The notes under the pieces were generated by a model. It worked only from the letters and a program-made list of their open reading frames with translations, was not told the origin of the DNA and made no database searches. DNA of 64,000 nt from Opitutaceae bacterium (GTDB lineage: Bacteria; Verrucomicrobiota; Verrucomicrobiia; Opitutales; Opitutaceae), in assembly GCA_036502225.1 (NCBI GenBank), contig DASXYY010000029.1, forward strand, positions 14,151 to 78,150, given 5' to 3'. This document shows positions 59,041 through 64,000 of the stretch, one piece after another (position 1 is the stretch's first letter; each line of letters begins with the position of its first letter). Both the position numbers and the translations under genes were made by a program.

Positions 59041-62000
59041 CTATAGCGGCGGCACTCGCGGGGGATAGGCCAGGGCGAAGTCTTCGGAGTCCAGCGAGAG
59101 ATTGGGATTGTAGGCGGGATCGTTGAGCAGCCGCGCGCCCCAGCGCGCCTGGATCGCCTCGATTTCGGATTGGAAGCGGGCGACCTTTTCGGGCGTATCC
59201 TCGGGACCGCGGCTGGCGGATTCGTGATGCACCAGTTCGGCCAGGGGGGTGTAGACGTTGCGCAGGCCGAGGCCCTCGACGCGCAGGCAGAAATCCACGT
59301 CGTTGAAGGCGACTGGCAGCCCCTTTTCTTCGAGGCCACCGACCGCCAGAAACGTGTCCTTGCGAATCACCAAGCAGGCGGCGGTGACCGCGGAAAGGTT
59401 TTGCGTCAGGTGGGGACGGAATTGGGGCGTTCCCGGATCGTTCTTCTCAAACAGCTTGAAGGGATGCCCCGCCACGCCGCCCAAACCGGTGATCACGCCG
59501 GCGTGCTGCACCCGCAAATCCGGATAGAGCAGGCGCGCCCCCACGGCGCCGATTCCCGGGCGCATGGCGTGCCCCACCATCTCGTCGAGCCACCGCGGGT
59601 CAAGCGCCTCGATGTCGTTGTTGAGCAGGCACAGCACTTCGCCGCGGGCTTCCTTGGCCGCGAAATTATTGATGGCGGAGTAATTGAACGGCGCGTCGTA
59701 GCGCACGAAACGCACATCGTCTTCCCGCTGCAGCGCCGCGAAGATCGCGAGGGACTCGGACTCGCCGGAACGGTTGTCCACCAGGATCACTTCGTACGGC
59801 GCGTACCGGGTCCGGGCGAAAATCGAGGCGATGCAAAGGCGGACCAGCTTGCCGGCATTGTGCGTCGGAATGATGATGGAGACCAAGGGATGGGGCCGGT
59901 CCTCCGCAAGACGGTAGGTCGCGTGCCAATGTCCGCCCACGGTCGGCGTCAATTCGACCTTTTGACCGGTCCGCTCAAAATGCTCGGCCAAGGCGCGGCG
60001 GGCCGACTCGGCGACGTAGCCCTTGGTCGAAAGCTGCAGGGCCGTCGATCCTTCGCCGGCGCGCCAATGGTAAAGGATCCGCGGCAAGTGCCGAATTTGA
60101 CTGGGCGCCAGCCGTTCGGTTGCCCGCAGCGCCAAATCCCAGTCCTGGCTGCCTTCGAATCCTTCGCGCATGCCGCCCAGCCCGCGGACGACGTCCGCCC
60201 GGTAGACCGTGAGATGGCAGAGATAGTTCTGGCTGCAAAGCAGGTCGGGATTCCAATCCGGTTTGAAGTGCGGATCGAACCGGGTCCCCTGTTCGTCGAT
60301 TTTGTCCTCGTCCGTGTAGATGAGCGCCGCGTCGGGATGGGCGACGACTTCCTGGGCGATGCAGTGCAGCGCGTGCGGCGCGAGCGTGTCGTCGTGATCG
60401 AAAAGAGCGACCCAGTCGCCGGTGGCGAGCGCCAGCGCGGTGTTGGTGGCGGCCGAGATGTGTCCGTTGCGGGGACGCCGGGTCACTTTGATCCGGCGGT
60501 CCAGGGCGGAATATTCATCGAGCACCTGGCCGACATGGGGCAGTGTCGACGCGTCGTCGGCGATGCAGATTTCCCAGTCGGAATAGGTTTGGGCGAGCAC
60601 CGAATCCAGGGCCGCCCGGAGCCAACGCTCATCAGGATTGAAGACCGGAATGAGGATGGAAAACCGCAAAGGAGGGAGCGCTGCTGCTTGCCGGCGAAGC
60701 CGGTCCAATACGGCCGGCGACGGTTCCGGGTGGGCCTTCAGCCAATGGGCGTACGTTCCGTGGGAATCGGGGTCCCCGGCGTGCAGGTCCCGGTGAAAGA
60801 AGGGATGCCAAACGCCGTCCGTGTCCTGGGCCTCGAGGTCGACCGCCGGGTCGCCCGATTCGAGCATCGCATCGATCTTGAAGCCCGCCGTGGCGCTGTA
60901 CGGCCAGGCCGGGAACACGAGCAGCAGATCCGGTCGCTCGCCGCCATAGGCGCCGCCATAGACGCGAGCGCCGATCCGCGCTCGGATCGCTCCAAATTGG
61001 GTGAGCGATTGCGAAAAACACCAGCCACGGATCGTGACGGGTCCGGAGAGTCCGTTCCAATATCGCGGCGCGTCCAGGTGGCTGGTGATCGGCAGTGTCG
61101 AGTTGGCGGCCGGACCCGGCGCCGCGGCTTCGGGTTTGGGTTTAAATCGGTCGATCAGCAGCCGCCGAAGGGCGCGCAGGGGCGCGGTGATCCGCCAGGA
61201 AAAACTTGCCGCCATTCGGCCCAGGCGTCCGCGCAGAGCGAAGATTTCCCCTTCGGCATCCGTGCGATACCGGCTGGCCGTTTCGGTCTGCGTTGCGATT
61301 TCCCTCCGCGCCTGGCGCAAGGCTTGATTCGCGTCGGCAGCTTGCTCGCGGGTCCGGGCCGAAACCTCCTCGAGCAAGACGACGTGGGCGCGGCGCATCC
61401 GATCGATTATGCGGAACCGATTGGCTTCAATTTTCGCTTCGGCGGCGCGCGCTTCGGCGGCGACGCGCGCGGAGTCGGCGGCGTGGCGTTCGTTTTCGAG
61501 GCGCTCGACGGCGGCCCGGGCCGGCACCAGTTCTGATTCCAACCGGGCGACCCGGTCGTCGCGCAGAGCGCCGGCGATATGCGGCCACAGGCGCCGCCAA
61601 CCCGGTTCCGAAGCCAGGAGTGGATCGATGACCGCCGTCGCGCTGGCGAATTCCGCTTCGTGGCCGGAGCGGCTGGTGGCGCCGACGCGGTAATCGAAGA
61701 GCACGGCCGGCACAGTCTCCATCGTGCGCCCGGCCCGCAGCCAATCGATCAGCAGTCGCCAATCCTCATTGACCAAGCCCGGCTTGAAGCCTCCCAGCTC
61801 AAGGAACGCATCCCGTCGGAAAAGGGTGTTGGTGTCGCCGAGGACATTTTCGACCAGCGCCAGTTCGTGGCAGGGGCCGAGCGGGGCAAAGATGTGGGAG
61901 GGGGCGTCGCGAAAGACCTCGAAAGCGCACGTGACGCAATCGGCGCCCGACGACGACATGGCGCGGGCGAGCGTCGCGATCATTTCCGGGCGGAAGCGAT

Positions 62001-63015
62001 TGTCGCCGTCGCAAAAGAGCACCGCGTCGCCGGTGGCTTCGCGCGCGGCGCGATTGCGCGCCGCCGACGGACCGGCGTTTTCCTGCCGGATGAATTTCCA
62101 ACCGAGGGGCCAATAGCGGTCGTTGGCCTTTTTCCACGCGAGCTCGGCGGTGGGACTCGTCGAGCCGTCGTCGATCACGATGACCTCGTGCGGGCGCAGG
62201 GTTTGGACAGAGAGAGTGTCGAGGGCTTCCTTGAGGTACTCGGCCTTCTCGTAGTAGGTGACGCAGACGCTGATTTTTATTGGTAGGTCGCGGCTGCCGC
62301 TGGACCTGTAGCCGGGGGCGTTGACCCCGGCCCCTTTGACATCAAAAGCGGGATTGCCGGGGTCAACGCCCCCGGCTACATCGACTGCCAACGGCGGGAC
62401 GCTTTTCCCGGGGCTTCCCTCCACTGCCAGCCACGGGCGAATGGGCGCTTTCGTCCAGGCTGATTCCTGGAGCCATTCGACCAGCTCGTTGCGAGCGGCG
62501 TAAATTTCATCCGCCGCTCCGATCGCCCGGCGCTCCAGAAATTCCGTCGCGATTCCGCTGCGGCCTTCGTCGGGAAACCGCCCCGCCCGCGTCCGCTCGA
62601 ACTCCGCCACGGTGGTCACGAAGAGGCGCAGGGCCGGGGGGGCCTTGAGCTTGCGGCCGGCCAGGGTCAGCCAGCCGCAGCGGCGGGCGCCTCCGATGGA
62701 TGCGGCGTGGGCCGGATGGCCGGCGAACCAAATCTCGTCGGCTTGGATGACGGCGCCGACATGCGCCAGGCGCAGGCCGACCGCATGGGCGTCGGCGGCG
62801 GGAAAGATCGGAACCGAAAAGGCCGGGGGCTCCTCGTCGAGATGCTGGTACTCGAGTCCGGCGGCCTCCGCCTTTTGCCGGAGCGAGCGGCTCAGCACCG
62901 CGCCAATGCGCTGGGAATGCAGCAGGATGACCCGGTCCGTCCGCCGTGCCACGGCAGCCAAATCCCAGGCGAACCCATCGCCGGGGTTAAGCTCGTGCGC
63001 GACAATGCAAATCAT
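59041..63015 (-). CDS. 1324-aa multidomain glycosyltransferase (N-terminal GT-B-like half, three GT2 domains, coiled coil)
   Basis: GT2 signatures ISVCVTYYEKAEY...VIVIDDGSTSP, FSILIPVFNPDERW...ICIADDASTLP and VSIIIPTHNAGKL...VILVDNRSGES. Coiled coil ARLESELVPARAAVERLENERHAADSARVAAEARAAEAKIE. Insert at 62308-62379. Confidence 0.8.
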   Translation of the reverse strand: MICIVAHELNPGDGFAWDLAAVARRTDRVILLHSQRIGAVLSRSLRQKAEAAGLEYQHLDEEPPAFSVPIFPAADAHAVGLRLAHVGAVIQADEIWFAGHPAHAASIGGARRCGWLTLAGRKLKAPPALRLFVTTVAEFERTRAGRFPDEGRSGIATEFLERRAIGAADEIYAARNELVEWLQESAWTKAPIRPWLAVEGSPGKSVPPLAVDVAGGVDPGNPAFDVKGAGVNAPGYRSSGSRDLPIKISVCVTYYEKAEYLKEALDTLSVQTLRPHEVIVIDDGSTSPTAELAWKKANDRYWPLGWKFIRQENAGPSAARNRAAREATGDAVLFCDGDNRFRPEMIATLARAMSSSGADCVTCAFEVFRDAPSHIFAPLGPCHELALVENVLGDTNTLFRRDAFLELGGFKPGLVNEDWRLLIDWLRAGRTMETVPAVLFDYRVGATSRSGHEAEFASATAVIDPLLASEPGWRRLWPHIAGALRDDRVARLESELVPARAAVERLENERHAADSARVAAEARAAEAKIEANRFRIIDRMRRAHVVLLEEVSARTREQAADANQALRQARREIATQTETASRYRTDAEGEIFALRGRLGRMAASFSWRITAPLRALRRLLIDRFKPKPEAAAPGPAANSTLPITSHLDAPRYWNGLSGPVTIRGWCFSQSLTQFGAIRARIGARVYGGAYGGERPDLLLVFPAWPYSATAGFKIDAMLESGDPAVDLEAQDTDGVWHPFFHRDLHAGDPDSHGTYAHWLKAHPEPSPAVLDRLRRQAAALPPLRFSILIPVFNPDERWLRAALDSVLAQTYSDWEICIADDASTLPHVGQVLDEYSALDRRIKVTRRPRNGHISAATNTALALATGDWVALFDHDDTLAPHALHCIAQEVVAHPDAALIYTDEDKIDEQGTRFDPHFKPDWNPDLLCSQNYLCHLTVYRADVVRGLGGMREGFEGSQDWDLALRATERLAPSQIRHLPRILYHWRAGEGSTALQLSTKGYVAESARRALAEHFERTGQKVELTPTVGGHWHATYRLAEDRPHPLVSIIIPTHNAGKLVRLCIASIFARTRYAPYEVILVDNRSGESESLAIFAALQREDDVRFVRYDAPFNYSAINNFAAKEARGEVLCLLNNDIEALDPRWLDEMVGHAMRPGIGAVGARLLYPDLRVQHAGVITGLGGVAGHPFKLFEKNDPGTPQFRPHLTQNLSAVTAACLVIRKDTFLAVGGLEEKGLPVAFNDVDFCLRVEGLGLRNVYTPLAELVHHESASRGPEDTPEKVARFQSEIEAIQARWGARLLNDPAYNPNLSLDSEDFALAYPPRVPPL
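62308..62379. repeat. type B REP doublet (72 bp) within a CDS
   Basis: GTAGCCGGGGGCGTTGACCCCGGC-CCCTTTGACATCAAAAGCGGGATT-GCCGGGGTCAACGCCCCCGGCTAC. Confidence 0.9.
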
Positions 63016-63031
63016 GCCAGCGGTTATCTTG

Positions 63032-64000
63032 CTATCTTCGGACGCCCGATTTCAAGAGTTCGAGCAGGCGGTGGCTGTCGCTCTGCGCGGCCATCGTCTT
63101 GCGCCAAAGCGCGTGGGGCGGGGGCATCTCTCCGAGGGCGCGTTCGCGCAGCCGCTCCATTTCGGGGATTCCATTCCGCTCGAGCTGCGCCTGGCTCTTT
63201 TGGGCCAGATGCAGGCGGAATAATCCGAGATACCAGGGCAGCCGGGCGAACCGGGCTCCCGCGGCCTTGAAGCGGAGCAAAAGGTCCCAATCGAGGGCGA
63301 ACTTGAAGTTGGCGTCGATGCCGCCGACCCGATCCCAGATTCGGCGCCGCCAAAACAGGGTTTCCTGAGGTATGAGGTCGTACCAATCCAGGTCGGCAAC
63401 CGCCCGCCGCGGCGTCGCCCAGCGGCCGATCTCGCAGCCCACATCGTCAATCAGGACTCGATGGCCGAAAACGACGTCGACCTCCGGGTGGTCGCGAAAA
63501 TAGCCGGCGACGAACGCGAGGGCGCCGGGCATGAGGGCGTCGTCAGAATTCAGATACGCCATGATGTCCTGGGGGCCCCGCGGCAGGGCGAGGAATCCCC
63601 GGCGGACGGCATCGGCCTGTCCGTCATCAGGTGCGCTGCGCCAGTAGGTGAGTCGGGGCGCCCACTCCGAGAGCACGCCCCGGGTCCCGTCCGTGGAACC
63701 GCCGTCCACGACCGCATAGTTTATCGCGACGTCCGGCTGATCGAGTACGCTGACCATCGCCGCCTCGAGAAACGCCGCCTGTTGAAAGGACGGTGTGACG
63801 ATCGCGAACGCTGGACGAGGGCCGCCCCGGACGGCGGGGAAGGTTTCCTGCCTCAGAGGACGGGGGGGGTATTGCGGAGCCAGGCGCAGCGGCATTTTCC
63901 CCGCCTGTTGCCGTTCGATGGTGATGAACTCGCGATCGGGCCGCCAGGAAAGCGCGTAGCCCGGCCAGCCGACCCGGCAGGTCCCTTCCGCGAATGGCAG
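63032..64000 (-). CDS. GT2-family glycosyltransferase (possibly 5'-partial; first in-window ATG at 63895)
   Basis: FAIVTPSFQQAAFLEAAMVSVLDQ, VVDGGSTDGT, LNSDDAL. The frame stays open from 63895 to the window edge (LPFAEGTCRVGWPGYALSWRPDREFITIE... then a Pro-rich linker), so an upstream domain is possible. Confidence 0.65.
   Translation of the reverse strand: MPFAEGTCRVGWPGYALSWRPDREFITIERQQAGKMPLRLAPQYPPRPLRQETFPAVRGGPRPAFAIVTPSFQQAAFLEAAMVSVLDQPDVAINYAVVDGGSTDGTRGVLSEWAPRLTYWRSAPDDGQADAVRRGFLALPRGPQDIMAYLNSDDALMPGALAFVAGYFRDHPEVDVVFGHRVLIDDVGCEIGRWATPRRAVADLDWYDLIPQETLFWRRRIWDRVGGIDANFKFALDWDLLLRFKAAGARFARLPWYLGLFRLHLAQKSQAQLERNGIPEMERLRERALGEMPPPHALWRKTMAAQSDSHRLLELLKSGVRR

Noticed and set aside
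59170-61536. 788-aa ORF on the plus strand (similar cases at 40219-41712, 16163-17020 and 37612-38742)
   Set aside because: It is antisense to well-supported genes. These are long open antisense frames, a GC-content artefact.
5870-62379. Possibility that the recurring palindromes are a CRISPR array
   Set aside because: The copies are dispersed singly over 56 kb, not arranged as regularly spaced direct repeats. The units occur as inverted doublets, and no cas genes are present.

Overview
GC-rich chromosomal segment (about 60-65% GC by eye, not computed). Gene content looks like a PVC-group bacterium, most likely Verrucomicrobiota: a DUF1573 protein, a Minf_1886-like protein and a UBact-type proteasome locus. 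No search tools were run. All family calls come from motifs I recognise in the supplied translations, and start codons were checked by reading the DNA.

Layout:
- 1-18.9 kb: housekeeping genes. TonB C-terminus with TPR and coiled-coil proteins, a Fur-like regulator, a tandem M16 peptidase, nadK, tlyA, fpg-like, gmhB/hldA, M24 and M20 peptidases, Nudix, apaG, purH, a Pal-like lipoprotein, a NarL-type response regulator and tRNA-Lys(UUU).
- 19.0-27.4 kb: a Pup-like (UBact-type) ubiquitin-like modifier and 20S proteasome locus, ordered mpa, dop, [TPR membrane protein], 57-aa modifier ending RTGE, prcB, prcA, pafA.
- 27.5-35.2 kb: ECF sigma/anti-sigma pair, ruvA, dapB, dapA, fabD, lepA, lepB.
- 35.2-64 kb: a large cell-surface glycan locus. 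It holds GT4 and GT2 enzymes, a 1324-aa triple-GT2 protein, rmlA/rmlB with an NRS/ER-like epimerase-reductase, an SPT-like PLP enzyme, one ArnT/PMT-like GT-C and two pairs of paralogous polytopic proteins.

The most unusual signal is a dense family of GT[AG]G-headed palindromic REP/REPIN-like repeats at 21 loci, in three unit types that also form mosaics and nested forms. They fill intergenic gaps, and at least eight copies sit in-frame as whole-codon insertions inside protein-coding genes, resembling Rickettsia palindromic elements. No CRISPR array, transposase, integrase or rRNA was seen.
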